From: Octopus vulgaris
Lineage: Eukaryota
Length of the DNA: 64,000 nucleotides
Direction: 5' to 3'
Assembly: GCA_951406725.2 (NCBI GenBank)
Contig: OX597821.1
Location: 58,466,001-58,530,000, forward strand
Position 1 is the first letter of the stretch. Each line of letters begins with the position of its first letter. A program made the position numbers and the translations under genes. Below, piece after piece: positions 26,480 through 40,800 of this stretch. The notes under the pieces are model-generated. The model was not told the DNA's origin, made no database searches, and saw only the letters and a program-made list of their open reading frames with translations.

Positions 26480-28860
26480 AAAGAATATCCGGACTGTTGC
26501 TAAAAGACGCAGAGTGAAGCCGCTTAGCAATGATTGACCTTGAACTCTGCTGTGCATGTGCACTAGGCTCTAACGTTCTAGCCCACTTCTGCTGTTTACA
26601 GCAGTGCTTGGAAGGAAGGTGTGTAGCGTGTGATCGTCACATTGACCATAACAGAGAAAGTTGTCCAGATGATACCTGCACAGAATTGCAGAAAGTGCAT
26701 GGAGGAGTGTATGAGCCGCACACAAGTGTACGAGTAGTTCAGACGTTTCCAAGATGGCCGAAAAAATGTCGATATTGATGAATGTTCTGGGAGACCCACA
26801 ACCAACAGAACTGAGATAAACATCGCAGATGTGCGTGCAGCTGTGAGGGGAAATCGTCGAACAACCATCCGTGAGATATCAGAGGATGTGCAGATTAGTT
26901 ATGGTTTAGTTCAATCCATTATCACGTTTAAATATTTGTTGTGCAAGATTTTTTATGTGAAGTCGTGTGTTGAAACAGATATTGTTATATTCCGGAATGG
27001 TCATTTTGCCAGTTTAGCCAATAAAAACACACGCACTATATATTTGGTGTTATTTATTTTTTACATTAATCTTAATCTTATTTCGGCCAGAGTTCTTTCG
27101 TCACACTCCTGTGACCGCATCAGTGGTCCTTTGTTTTCTTCTTTCTTATTTGTGTCTCTCCTTACTAACCGTCAGCCGTTATTTCTATTGTATGTCTTCA
27201 TTTGCGCATGCTTATATCTCTGTGCATTTATGTTTATTTAGTGTGTGTATGTGGGGGGATGCCTGTAATATTTGTATCTTCTGTTTATATATGTTCATGT
27301 AATTTGTAATTTTATATGTTCATGTAATTTGTATTTTGTTTTTTGTTTTTGTTGTTTTTGTTTATTCTTATTTTGTTCATGTGTTTACATCCACCTATTA
27401 TTATCATTACATATGCTTGTATGTATGTATGTATAACAACAATAATAGTAATAATAATAAATTGAATCGAAAAATATAGTTATTTATTTCTATTAGTTTA
27501 TTTATCTGTGTATTTATTATGTTTTCAGGATCCTCTATCGTCATATGTTGTGGTGTGTGTTAGTGCTCCATTCTAGTTTTCTATTCAGGCTAGGTTTATT
27601 TTCTATTATGTGTGTAGCTTCTGTAATTTGTCTAATTGTTGCATCTGATTTATGTGTGGATAATATTTTAATTTCTATGTTATTGATTGATCCCCTGTGT
27701 TCTTGTTCGGCGTGTTGGTACAGAATCGATGACCAACACGCCGAACAAGAACACAGGGGATCAATCAATAACATAGAAATTAAAATATTATCCACACATA
27801 GATCAGATGCAACAATTAGACAAATTACAGAAGCTACACACATAATAGAAAATAAACCTAGCCTGAATAGAAAACTAGAATGGAGCACTAACACACACCA
27901 CAACATATGACGATAGAGGATCCTGAAAACATAATAAATACACAGATAAATAAACTAATAGAAATAAATAACTATATATATATATATTTTTTTTTTCGAT
28001 TCAATTTATTATTATTATTACTAGTATTGTTGTTATACATACATACATACATACAAGCATATGTAATGATAATAATAGGTGGATGTAAACACATGAACAA
28101 AATAAGAATAAACAAAACAACAAAAACAAAAAACAAAATACAAATTACATGAACATATAAAATTACAAATTACATGAACATATATAAACAGAAGATACAA
28201 ATATTACAAGCATCCCCCCACATACACACACTAAATAAACATAAACGCACATAGAGATATAAGCATGCGCAAATGAAGACATACAATAGAAATACAAAAT
28301 GGCTGACGGTTAGTAAGGAGAGACACAAATAAGAAAGAAGAAAACAAAGGACCACTGATGCGGTCACAGGAGTGTGACGAAAGAACTCTGGCCGAAATAA
28401 GATTAAGATTAATGTAAAAAATAACACTGAAGCAAAATAACACCAAATATATATATAGTGCGTGTGTTTTTATTGGCTAAACTGGCAAAATGACCATTCC
28501 GAAATATAACAAAATCCATTATCACTGAAGATTTAAGTATGAGACGCATGTCTGCCAAATTTGTGCCATAACAGCTTTCAGCTGACCAAAATGACACTCG
28601 GGTTTCAGTTGCGCAAGATCTCCTTGATTGTGTCAAGAACGATGAAAACTTTTTGAAAACTTTGCGTGGGCTTCTGAGCAGGTATCGCCAAGCTTTTGGC
28701 GAAATTTGATGCAGATTCTCTGCTCAACTTTCTTTGATGTAGTCAATGTAACGATCACAAGCTACACACTTTCCTTCCAAGTACTGCTGTAAACAGCAGA
28801 AGTGAGCTAGAATGTTAAAACTTAGTGCGCATGCACAGCAGAGTTGACGGTCAATCTGTT
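26480..28860 (+). mobile_element. Non-autonomous mariner derivative (host of the Penelope palindrome)
   Basis: Mariner N-terminal residues (WFRRFQDGR-like; [19 protein letters not shown]|TEDL.MR.MSAKFVP) continue across the insertion. Same family as 38271-39547. Confidence 0.7.
26926..28512. mobile_element. Penelope-like element fragment inserted as a ~750-bp-arm inverted repeat
   Basis: Arms ~26978-27719 and 27732-~28512 with a 12-nt spacer. 13-bp TSD AATCCATTATCAC (26913-26925 / 28513-28525). Each arm encodes a GIY-YIG-type C-terminus (QHAEQEH...RQITEATHIIENKPSLN) and carries a hammerhead-like motif. Confidence 0.8.
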
Positions 28861-30569
28861 CCAAGTGGTTTCTCTCTGCGTGCTTCAGTTTACACAACAC
28901 GCACAACAAACACACATACACACACACGCACGCACGCAGACATGCACGCAGATACGCACACATGCAGGCAGGCACACTCACAGAAGGCCGGGCGAAAGTA
29001 AAGAATACGTACACTCAGTGTTAAGGGTTAGGGTTTTTGTTACGTTGAAAACGGGTGGTGTACTTATTCTTTACTCCCCCCCCTCAAGATTGCCTGGAGA
29101 AATTTTGCGACGTAGAACGGGGCCACTTTATGGGCCTTGTCAGGTATTCCCAGGTTCTTCCTTGGCTTTTTACGGCCCCAGGCCAGCTACTGGGTGAATA
29201 CTCCTTTTATAGGTCCTAGATGTTTTCAACTTTAATGACTAATGACCGAGTTTCAGTAACTCTTTCAAATATATACTATGAAACTCTAACTGCAGTCCGT
29301 TGTTTCAAAAACATGAAAACTTAAATCATAAAATATGCAAGTAACTCCCACTTCTTAAAAATTACTGGCTTTGTGCCCAAATTTGAAACTATTATTATTA
29401 TTTTAATACAATTTATTGTGATATTATCAAGTCTGTAAGGGTGACACAGATGGTGATGTACTGAGTAGTCATTAGTTTCGATTATTAATGACCGTGTTCA
29501 AAGCCAACCAGTCAGCTTCGGCGTTACCTTTCATTCTACCATTGGTCTGCAAGAAATAGTTACTGTATCCATCCAGTTCTATGAACTACAGCAGCTCTAA
29601 CACATTATGTATGTGTATAGTGTAGATACAAATTATATTATGCAACAGAATTTTGTGTAGGGTAAATGTGTCACCGACGAGGGAGTACAGCTAAACTCAA
29701 ATAAGGGGGTATTCAGTGACAATAGAACTTCTCACTTTGTATATTTACGAAAGTAATATATCGTTCATTTTCGAAAGAAACATTTGCTTATCACTTCACG
29801 GCGTCATTCTTACACTTTTCTTTTAACAAAATAATACGTAGCTTCACTTTCTTTTCCTTTCTGTTTTTCTGTCTTTAATAAATACAAAAGGTCTTTTCTT
29901 CGTCACGTTTACACACACACACTTCTCTTTGAATTATTTTTAAAACCTGCACACACTCCAACCACACTTCTTCATTAACTTTTCCCCAGCAGTTATTTTA
30001 CCTCGCTTCTTTATCTCCTATCTAATACACAGACACTCGAAATCTCACACACTTGTTAGTTTTCTAAATACAGACCGAACTGAACATTCTTCGCTTCACT
30101 CTCATTTTCTTTTTTTCCCTCTCTCATACTTTCTCCATTTATCACCTCCTCACTCTCTCTCTCTCTTTCTTCACTACACTCTTTCAAACATACACGTTCC
30201 CGCTCTTTTTGTTACACTCTATCACTCTCTCTTTGTCACACACTCTTTCACTTCGCCACACTATCTCTTTCCATTACTCTTTCACACACTCTCTCTTTCT
30301 GTCACACATATTCTCTTGATCACGCTCTCTTTCTCTGTCACATACACACACTCTGTCTCTCTCTCTGTCATCCTCTCTCTATTCGTCACTATTTCACACT
30401 CTGTTTTTCTGTCACTCTTCCACACTCCCGCCCCCGTTACTCTCTCTATCATACACATTCTCTTTCCCTCACACGCTCCCTCACACACAATTCTCTCCCT
30501 TCTGTCTGTCATATATAAACTTTTCCCCCACCAAGAACATCCGTCTATTCTTACTTTAATCCACCAACA

Positions 30570-30793
30570 ATGACTTCTGTTCAGCTCAGTCTTCGACAGC
30601 TGAGACGATCGTTGTTAAATATATCACAATGCCAACGACGATCAATTCCTTCAACTTTTCTCGCTTCCAAAAGGCATCTTCCAGTAACAGCTTATAAGCA
30701 AAAAAGTTCGCTAGTTAAAGAAGCAGAGGAAACAAACGGAAACAATTTTCTTTTTAAAGGAATGGAGACAGAATTTCCCTGCGTTTCTCGAAC
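30570..30793 (+). CDS. cys2: cys2-like exon 1 (start codon, mitochondrial-type presequence)
   Basis: [36 protein letters not shown]...FPCVSR. Arg/Ser/Leu-rich with no acidic residue in the first ~50 aa. Donor AC|GTAAG is phase 2 and matches exon 2. Confidence 0.8.
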
Positions 30794-31345
30794 GTAAGAC
30801 AACTTTGGAATTCGATCTGTATCTGTTTTTGTTATTTTTTTTCTGTATTATATGTGCCAAAAAGCAAACAAACTAATAATGCAAACGTGGACATATGCTT
30901 GTATAAACTTTTTTTTAGTGTCAGTGGTATTTTCAGTTGCAAATATTCTGCTAATTCTGCCCCACTATTTTGATTTTCCACACACACACATACACACATG
31001 GTTTACTCGAAGTTTTACTGCTATGCGTGTGTGTAAATATGTGTGGGTGGCCGATGGATGTAAGACTAGCAGAAACACAACTCGCCCAGGCAGAGATAGA
31101 CCCTACGTAGTGGGAGGGAGGCCCAAGACAGAGAGATGTGTGGCAAGTTTGCATCTAGACCACTGCAAGCAATTTTGAGAAGACCAGACCAACTGCAACG
31201 GATGAGAAACACCAAGCAAGAAATTAACCATTGCCACGACCAAAGCCTATACATTTGCCTCAAATGCACTATATCCTGTTGTTCAATGCTCTGTTTACAT
31301 TACCACTTAAAAGCTTGTCGCTCCTCCTTATCTTTGGACGCGAAG

Positions 31346-31385
<40 letters not shown>

Positions 31386-31572
31386 CTACAAAATTAGAAA
31401 ATGGAGAAACATACTTAAATCAATCAAATATCAACCATCAGATGATACCCAATCAATACTTTATTACACCATTACATAACAGTAAAGGCATTATACAAAA
31501 TATATAGTAAATATAATTAGACAAGGAAATAGAAATATAAAATATAATATATAATTATATCATATCTGACAG

Positions 31573-31650
<78 letters not shown>

Positions 31651-31916
31651 TGCAGCGTGGAAGGTGTTTATAAGCCATTTAAGAAACACACAAAAGCCGT
31701 TCGATTCACTTCAACATTTAAGTTTAATTTGTCAAAATATTTTCGTCGCTAAAATCCGCGACCTGTTCACTGACAAAAATCCGTGCTGCATCTGTTGAAG
31801 TGAATCGAACGGCTTTTGTGTGTTTCTTAAATGGCTTATAAACACCTTCCACGCTGCAATTGTTTTTGTTTCAGCACACGATCTCAGATCAAATTACTTG
31901 CTATGCGAGTACATCT

Positions 31917-31972
<56 letters not shown>

Positions 31973-32177
31973 GTTCGATTTGTTTTTGCTCCGCCTCTGT
32001 TCTGTTTTTGTTTTTCCAACGGATTTCCTATTTTCTTCCTGAAGAGAAAGACACAATATGGTCCCATCATTCCATCGGATTTTGGTAATTTGTGCCTTTC
32101 GAAACACGTGTAGAATGAAATAAAACGATTTCTGTTCAATCTGCGTTCAGCTCCATTTCTTCAATTCACCAATAATG

Positions 32178-32227
<50 letters not shown>

Positions 32228-34803
32228 GCTTCGAAGAGACGTCAGTCGTAGATTTTTCGAGCTGTCAGTTTCAGTACGCTACCAGTGGCGGAATTTCAAA
32301 GTAACTGGCAACTGTTTACAATAAGTATTGCTTCTTTGCGTATTTAGTTACTATTTGTCGTTTTTGCGCATTTAAATTCAGTTATAGGATTGCAACCATG
32401 TTGGAGTACCGCATGATTTAGTCAAACAAATAGATACCAGTACTTATTCTATCGGTTTGTTGCTGTCATTTATCAATGGTTTCTGCTTGTTGCTTAGACG
32501 CTCTATTTTCTATCAATAATAAATATGTTGGAATTTTTGACGACACGGGTATGCTAGTATGTATATATTAAAGATTAGTGTTTTTAATATACACAGACTT
32601 ATATATGTGTAGGAGAAATACAAACAGAGCAATTTTAACTATTTCTCCGTCGATTAAAAACAAACAAACAAAAAGGATGAATTGCCTCTTCATCAGTTTT
32701 CGAATCTTATTGGATAATCACCATTAACATCATTTGACCAATCCTTGTAAGCAGCCAATCTGTTTATATTACAGAGAAATGGGGCTAAGAAGCTTACATC
32801 CCAACCACATGGTTCCGGGTTCAGTCCCATTGCGTGGCACCTTGGGCAAGTGTCTTCTACTATAGCCTCGGGCCTACCAAAGCCTTGTGAGTGGATTTGG
32901 CAGACGGAAGCTGAAAGAAGCCCCGTCGTATGTATATGTTTGTGTGTCTGTGTTTGTCCTTCCACAATCGCTTGACAACCGATGTTGGTGTGTTTACGTC
33001 CCCGTAACCTAGCGTTTCAGCAAAAGAAGCCGATAGAATAAGTACTAGGCTTACAGAGAATAAGTCCTGGGGTCGATTTGTTCGACTAAAGGCGGTGCTC
33101 CAGCATAGCCGCAATCAAATGACTGAAACCAAGAGTTGACCAGCTAATAATATTTAGCAGAGAATTCAATATCCCTAGTATGTCTGTGCTCTACTCACAC
33201 ACATCCACTTTGTTTCCTCATAACTTTATAAATAAATTCTGTTTTATTTTTGTTTGTTTTTTTCTTAATGAACTTATGCAGCGATTAAATTTTCGAAGGT
33301 ATACATTGCAATTATGTCAATAGAAATTCTACTTTATTTATTCATTTATTTTAATCAGAAAGTGAAAGTCCATAGCTTTTTGACTACTTATATACGAGTG
33401 CGACTTATTCAGGAGTAAATACAGTACTTACACGAAAATGTTCATTAACAAAACTACTACATTTTCATTTTGGTTTTTTTACGGTGTTAAAATAGGAAAC
33501 AACCAAATGGAATGCGTTATAAACTTTCTTGTGTACTTTATTCTTTGTACTGTGTGTAAACTATGTCAGTGGAGAAGTTATTTAGCCAGATGTCATTTAA
33601 TAAAAGGCCTTTCAACCGTCTTTAAATATATCTTAGTCCACATTACTCCTGGTGTCGCCCTCACAAACAACCAGCAATACATTGAGAGTCCGGCGGGTCA
33701 TTTTTTTCCTATTTTTGCTGTCCAACTTTAATTCTTGTAATTACGATTTGTTCAAAGTACATTTCTAAAAATGAAAATGGGTCAACACATTTAACGTTCC
33801 ACTAATCAATCAAACTCACAAGGGAAAGACTTGCGCCCTTCCCCCCCACCACTATTCTCTCCCAAATTTGTTTATTTTTGTAATTTTTTTTTGCCCAAAA
33901 TCACCGTTTTCGGATACGAAGGTTCCGGAAAATTGCCAAAAATCGGCATTGTGAAATCCCCCCCTCCCCTCAAACTTCTTCAATTTTGACATTTTTCCGC
34001 ATATTTAGAAAAAAAAAATTCTTAAAAAAATTTTACAAAGATTTTTGGAAATTTTTTTCAGAATCATAGACTCCCTATTTTTCCGCATATTTTGAAGAAA
34101 AAAAATTGGGGAAAAAGTTAAAATTGAAGGAAGGGGGTGGGGTTAATTTAGAAATGTCGATTTTTTGCCAAGCTTTCCTATTTTTTCCACTCAAAAGTTT
34201 TCTTCTGACGCTTTTGTATTGCTTATAATCTTTCTCAGCAAGACTTCCTTTTGTACCCTCCCAAAACACCCCTTTTTTAATTTAATTTTTTCTCTCTACA
34301 CAAACCCCCATTCTTACCTATGGAGAATACGAATCTGCAAAAAAATTGGCAAAAATCAGCATTTTGAAATTACCCCTAAACCCCCAGCACCTAAATTCTT
34401 CATTTTGAACTTTTTTCAGAATTTTTTTTGTTTTCAAAATATGCGGAAAATTACGGAGATTATGATTGTGGAAAAAGTTTCCAAACATTTTTCTACTTAG
34501 GGTTAGGTTTCAGGTTTTAGGGTTAGATTTACAGAAAAAAGTGAAAAATGAAGAAATTGTGGGGGAGTAAGGGAGTGCAAAAAATTTCAAAATTCCGATT
34601 TTTGGCAATTTTCTGGGGTCTCCATATCTGAAAACGTGGGTTTTTGACAAAACAAAAAAATTAGAATTTAAAAAAAAAACAATAATTTGCGAGAAAATGG
34701 GTGGGGATGACGAGAGGAAGTTTTTCTCTTTTTACCAGCTCCTGCAAACTGTCTAACCCATTCCAGCATGGAAAACGGACGTTAAATGTTGCTGCTGCTG
34801 TTG

Positions 34804-34842
<39 letters not shown>

Positions 34843-37800
34843 TGTAGGGTAGGTATGATATACCAGATCTGGCTGGTTTATGTATAAAACAAGTAGGATA
34901 TTTTGGCTGGATGTGGTCAGTTTAAATGCTAGTGTTAAGGTGGTGCTCCAACATGGCTGCAGGCCAATGACTGAAATAAGTAAAAAATACAAGATGTCAT
35001 ATACATTACTTGTTTGTTGTTTTGCAGTGGTATTCACAAATCTCTCATCAAACTTGTGTATTGATTATTTTTATTTTTTATTGTTGCAGAAATATATCGG
35101 GCCCAGAACCTCAATATGACTTGGTTCAGTCTGGCTATGAAGTATTCACATATGACCAACCTTTCTATATGAAATATGGTGGTCGAATATTGCCTCAGTT
35201 AGACATTGCTTATGAAACCTGGGGAGAACTGAACGAAGACCGAGACAACACTGTAATGATATTCACTGGCCTGTCTGCCAGCTCACATGCAAAAAGTCAC
35301 AAGGTAATGTATTCATTGTATGGGTGCAAGAAAAACTGAAACAGGTGTAAATTTCTAAAGAAGCGTTCCACAACAATTTGACCTTCTAAGGCACCACTGA
35401 ACTAAATGGTACTAAGTAGTGTCTTATTTAGTTATACTCCTTTACATTCTGAGTTCAAATCCTGCCAGGATCTACATTATCCTTCATGATTTCTGAGTTA
35501 ATTAAAATAAGTACCTGTCAAATATTCTTTGATTTCTTTTACCAAAGCTTTGTGAGTGGATTTGGTACATGGTAACTGAAAGAAACCTGTCATATGTTTC
35601 TTTGTGTGTGCACATGTGTATGTATATGTGTGCATGTGTACAGATGTGTGTGCATGTATGCGTGTGTGTTACTGTTCTTGCCTTGACATCATGTGATAGT
35701 TGCAAATAAGTGCCCCTGTCGTGTGAGTAATTTCCTTTGTCACCAATCTCCTGTAAAATCCTATCTAATCATGGGATATTGCCTTACTTGGGAACCAGTA
35801 AAGGTTGGTGACTGGAAAAGCGTCTGGCCATAGAGAATCCACCTCAACAAACTCTGTCAATGCGAGCAGAGAAAACTGGACATTAAAACAATAATGATGA
35901 TTACTATTATGTTTGACATTTGCCAGTGCCGCTGGACTGACTCCTGTGCAGGTGGCATGTAAAAACCACCATTTGAGCATGGCCATTGCCAATACCACCT
36001 CACTGGTCCTCATGCCAGTGGCACGTGAAAGCAACCACTACACTCGGAGTCATTGGCATTAGGAAGGGCATCCAGCTGTAGAAACTTTGCCAGATCAGAT
36101 TGGAGACTGGTGCAGCCTTCTGGCTCACCAGTCCTCAGTCAAATTGTCCAACTCATGCTAGCATGGAAAGCAGACGTTAAACGATGATGATGATGAGTCC
36201 TACTATGAGACACTGTTTCCTATGGTTGTTTGCTTTGAATGTATGCAGAAATTTGCTTGTGTGCAAATTTTATCTTCCTTTGCTAAGTACGTGTGCATCC
36301 ATGCAAGTAATCATTGCTTAGATTAATTCAGCTAAAAATGTTTGACGTCTTCTTGAAAACCTTGTGTGCATATTTTTATTTGTATGCAAGTTATAAAATG
36401 TGTGTGCACTCAAGTGCACAGCTTAAAAAGAATATCGTACATTATAAAAATTTTATACATTGTGTATACTTTCACTTTCATCTTGTTCATTCAATTTCAA
36501 TATAAACCCCCATATTTTGTAGCCTGTCCATGTAATGTCACCTTGTGTTATTTAAACTGCATTTAATAGAAGGGCCCTGATTTGAGAGTTACAGGCTTTT
36601 GAGGAGTGTGGGTCCAACACTTGACCATTCTTGCTCCCAATTTGGAGTAGACCTGGGAACAATACTGCTCAAGAGCACTTGTTAGGGTCCCAGTTGTGGA
36701 TTAATTAGCATACCATAGAATTGCTTTGGAAGTAGGTCACTTGCAGATAGAACATTGGATCCAGGACAGATGATGCCCTTCAGCTCTTTAGCTATCCCTC
36801 TAAGAGAAGGTAACTCTATACAAATCTTGACTCCTGATAACTACTGGGCTTGTGGTACTTGTTGTGCTAGACCAATGCATGTTTGAAGAACGAGAGAGTA
36901 AGTCTGTAATATTCGTTGCACAAGTTGTTGAAGAAAACCAAGACATCCGCACCATCACACTTTTATCAGTTCTATGGAGATACAGAAAGGGGCAACGGGG
37001 ACAGGTGGAAGATGCTTCTGGAAGTCTTCAGCTTTAACCTTGCACCCAGGCAGCCATTGGGTGATGACTGGTTTTTGTGGTTTTGTTTTTAGTTGTGCCT
37101 TGCTGAACCTTAATTCATCGAAGCAATGAGAGATCCTACCATTATTTAAATGATTAATGTGGCGAGTTGGCAGAATCGTTAGCACGCTGGGTGAAATGCT
37201 TAGTGGTATTTCATCTGCCACTACGTTCTGAGTTCAAATTCTGCCAAGGTTGACTTTGCTTTTCATCCTTTCAGGGTCATTAAATTACGTCCCAGTTGAC
37301 TAAAATTTCTCAAGGCAGTGCCCCAGCATGGCCACAGTCTAATGAATGAAGCAAGGAAGAGATAAAAGATATCAAAGACAAACTAGATCTTAATCATAAT
37401 GGCTAGATTAATTTGCATGTCAAACTGTCCAACCTATGCCAACATGGAAAGCAGACATTAAACAATGATGATGACAAATTAATATTCAAATCAGTTATCA
37501 TCATCATCATCACCATCAACCTTACCACTCTTATCATTGTCATTGTTGTCATCATCATTGTCACCACCATCATCATTATCACTAAAGCACCATCCGATCG
37601 TGGCCGTTACCAGCCTTGCCTGGCCCCTGTGCCGGTGGCACGTAAAAAGCACCATCCGACCATGGTCGTTTGCCAGCCCCGTCTGGCACCTGTGTCAGTG
37701 GCACGTAAAAAGCACCACTACACTCACGGAGTGGTTGGCGTTAGGAAGGGCATCCAGCCGTAGAAACATTGCCAGATCAGACTGGGCCTGGTGCAGCCTT

Positions 37801-40800
37801 CTGGCTTCCCAGACACCAGTTGAACCGTCCAACCCATGCTAGCATGGAAAGCAGATGATAAATGATGATGATGATATTTACATGCTGTTATTTATAGATT
37901 TATCTACTTTGAGTTTTGCCATTAAAAATGAATTATTTTACGTTCTCTCAAAGTTTCTAAATTCTTACAACATAAACAAAAATACAATTATCTTTAAAAA
38001 CAAAGCTTCTAAAATAGGTGGAGAAGTTCATAGGATTACTATGGTTCAATGGTTGAACTGTCATGTTTACAGAAATTGTAGGTTCAATTCCCACAAGCAG
38101 CCTTTGTCTTCTTCTATGTAAAGGGTCTTTTAACCCAGTGTTTTACATGCTATTATTTCTACCATACTTAAGGCAGTGAGCTGGCAGAATTGTTAACACA
38201 AAGGGCAAAATGCTTAGAAGCATTTCCCCTAGCTTTGTTCTGAGTTCAAATGCCACTGGGGTTGATAAAATACATGGTCTGATCAATGAGTAATTGGACT
38301 GTTGCTATAGTAACGAAGCTAAAGCATGCAGAGTGAAGCTGCTTGGCACAGATTGACCTTGAACTCTGTTGTGCATGCACACTAAGTTTTAACGTTCTAG
38401 CTTGCTTCTGTTGTTTACAGCAGTGCTTGGAAGGAAGGTGTGTAGCTTGTGATCGTTACATTGACTACATCAAAGAAAGTTGAGCAGAGAATCTGCATCA
38501 AATTTTACTGAAAGCTTAGCGATACCTGCTCACAAGACTCTACTCTTTACTTGTTTCAGTCATTTGACTGCAGCCATGTTGGAGCACCACCTTTAGTCGA
38601 GTAAATTGACCCCAGGACTTATTCTTTGTAAGCTTAGTAGTTCTTCTATCAGTCTCTTTTGCCGAACCACTAAGTTATGGGGACGTAAACACACCAGCAT
38701 CGGTTTTCAAGTGATGTTGTGGGGACAAACACAGACATACAAACATGTGTGTGCATGCACACGTGTATACGACAGGCTTCTTTTCAGTTTCCGTCTACCA
38801 AATCCAATCACAAGGCTTTGGTCGGCCTGAGGCTATAGTAGAAGACACTTGCTCAAGGTGCCATGCAGTGGGGCTGAACCCGGAACCATGTGGTTGGTAA
38901 GCAAGCTACTTACCACACAGCCACTCCTGCGCAAAGTTTTCATCGTTCTTGACACAATCTAAGAGATCTTGTGCAACTGAAACCCGAGTGTCTTTTTGGT
39001 CAGCTGAAAGCAGTTTTGACACAAACTTGGCAGATATGCATCTCATACCCAAATCTTCAGTGATAATGGACTGAACTAAACCATAACTAATTTGCATATC
39101 CTTTGATAACTCACGGATAGTAATTCAACGATTTCCCCTCACAGCTGCATGCACATCTGCAATGTTTTTCTCATTCCTGCTAGTTGCAGGTCTCCCAGAA
39201 CATTCATCAATGTCAACATGTTTTCGGCCATCTTGGAAACGTCTGAGCCACTTGTACACTTGTGTGCAGCTCATACACTTCTCTCCATACACTTTCTGCA
39301 ACTTTGTGCAGGTCTCTGAGCAGGTATCACCATGACAACTTTCTCTGTCATGGTCAATGTGATGATCACACGCTACACACCTTCCTTCCGAGCACTGTTG
39401 TAAACAGCAGAGGTGAGGTAGAACGTTAAAACTTAGTGTGCATGCACAGCAGAGTTCAGGATCAATCTGTGACATGCAGCTTCACTCTGTATGCTTTAGC
39501 TTTGTTACTATGGCAACAGTCCGGATACTTATTGATCAGACCTTGTAAATATCAGTTAAGTACTGGGGTCAATGTAATTAGCTATCCCCCTCCCGAAAAA
39601 ATTCTGGCCTTGGGCCAATTTGAAATTATTATTTATAGGCGTAGGAGTGGCTGTGTGGAAAGTAGCTTGCTTACCAACCACATGGTTCCGGGTTCAGTCC
39701 CACTGCTTGGCACCTTGGGCAAGTGTCTTTTACTATAGCCTTGGGCCAACCAAAGCCTTGTGAGTGGATTTGGTAGACAGAAACTGAAAGAAGCCTGTTA
39801 TATATATGTATATGTATATATGTGTGTGTTTGTATACCTGTTTTTGTCCCCGTAACATCACTTGACAACTGATACTGGTGTGTTTACGCCCCTGTAACTT
39901 AACGGTTTGGCAAAAGAGACCAATAGAATAAGTACTAGGCTTACAAAGAATAAGTCCTGGGGTCGATTTGCTCGACTAAAGGCGGTGCTCCAGCATGGCC
40001 GCAGTCAAATGACTGAAACAAGTAAAAGAGCTTTATACATTTAAAGTTCTACTGTTAAAAGCCAACTAATCTTTGTTTTTCTCTTTCTTTATAGAAAAAT
40101 CCAGAGCCTGGTTGGTGGGAAAAATTCATTGGGCCAGGCCACCCTATTGACACAGACAAATATTTTGTCATCTGTACAAACAATATCGGTGGTTGCTATG
40201 GATCAAGGTAATTATATCAACAACAACACTTTTAACTCTTTCTAGTTCTATATTTTGAATTTGTTGCTTATTTGTTTTTAGTGAAACAAAGGAAGAGGAG
40301 GCAGTGTTGAGGGTAATGAATGTAACTGTAGCACTTTTTAAGTATTCTTGTGATATTTATAGTTATATGAGTGTGGGATTGTGGTTGTTTGACTCTGCAA
40401 CATTCTGATTACACTGTCAAATGTGTAGCGGCACAAGCAGTCAGTGCCATATCGGATGAGATCTCGCGGCAGCCATTGCCATCTCCGAGACTGAAGCGAG
40501 ACCTCACCCGCATCCATTTGCCATGCGCGAGATCACAACGAGGCTCGCAATGGCAAACTGTATATAAGGGCAAAGCAGAAGCTAATTCATTTTCTCTCTC
40601 CGCTTCTTCGCAGCAGCGCTTGCTGAGCACACTTCACTGGCTAGGCTTGTCTGCATGTTGCACCTCCAGAGGCAATGTGCCCGTGCTAATGGAGATACAA
40701 CATCCCGCACACAGCTCGAGATGGTTGCTGAGAGCAACGCACTTCACCTGTTCTGTGAAATTTGTAAATAAGCATTTGTACTTAAAGACTTCTTTCTTCG

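Noticed and set aside
27541-27910. Pair of near-identical 121-aa ORFs on opposite strands (antisense or toxin-antitoxin-like pair)
   Set aside because: A by-product of the palindrome. Only the second half is a real (Penelope) coding remnant.
35010-35339. Annotation as homoserine O-acetyltransferase (methionine synthesis)
   Set aside because: The oxyanion turn is GLSA rather than ALT/SG, and the N-terminal motifs are Cys2-like. Serine specificity is more likely, though untested.
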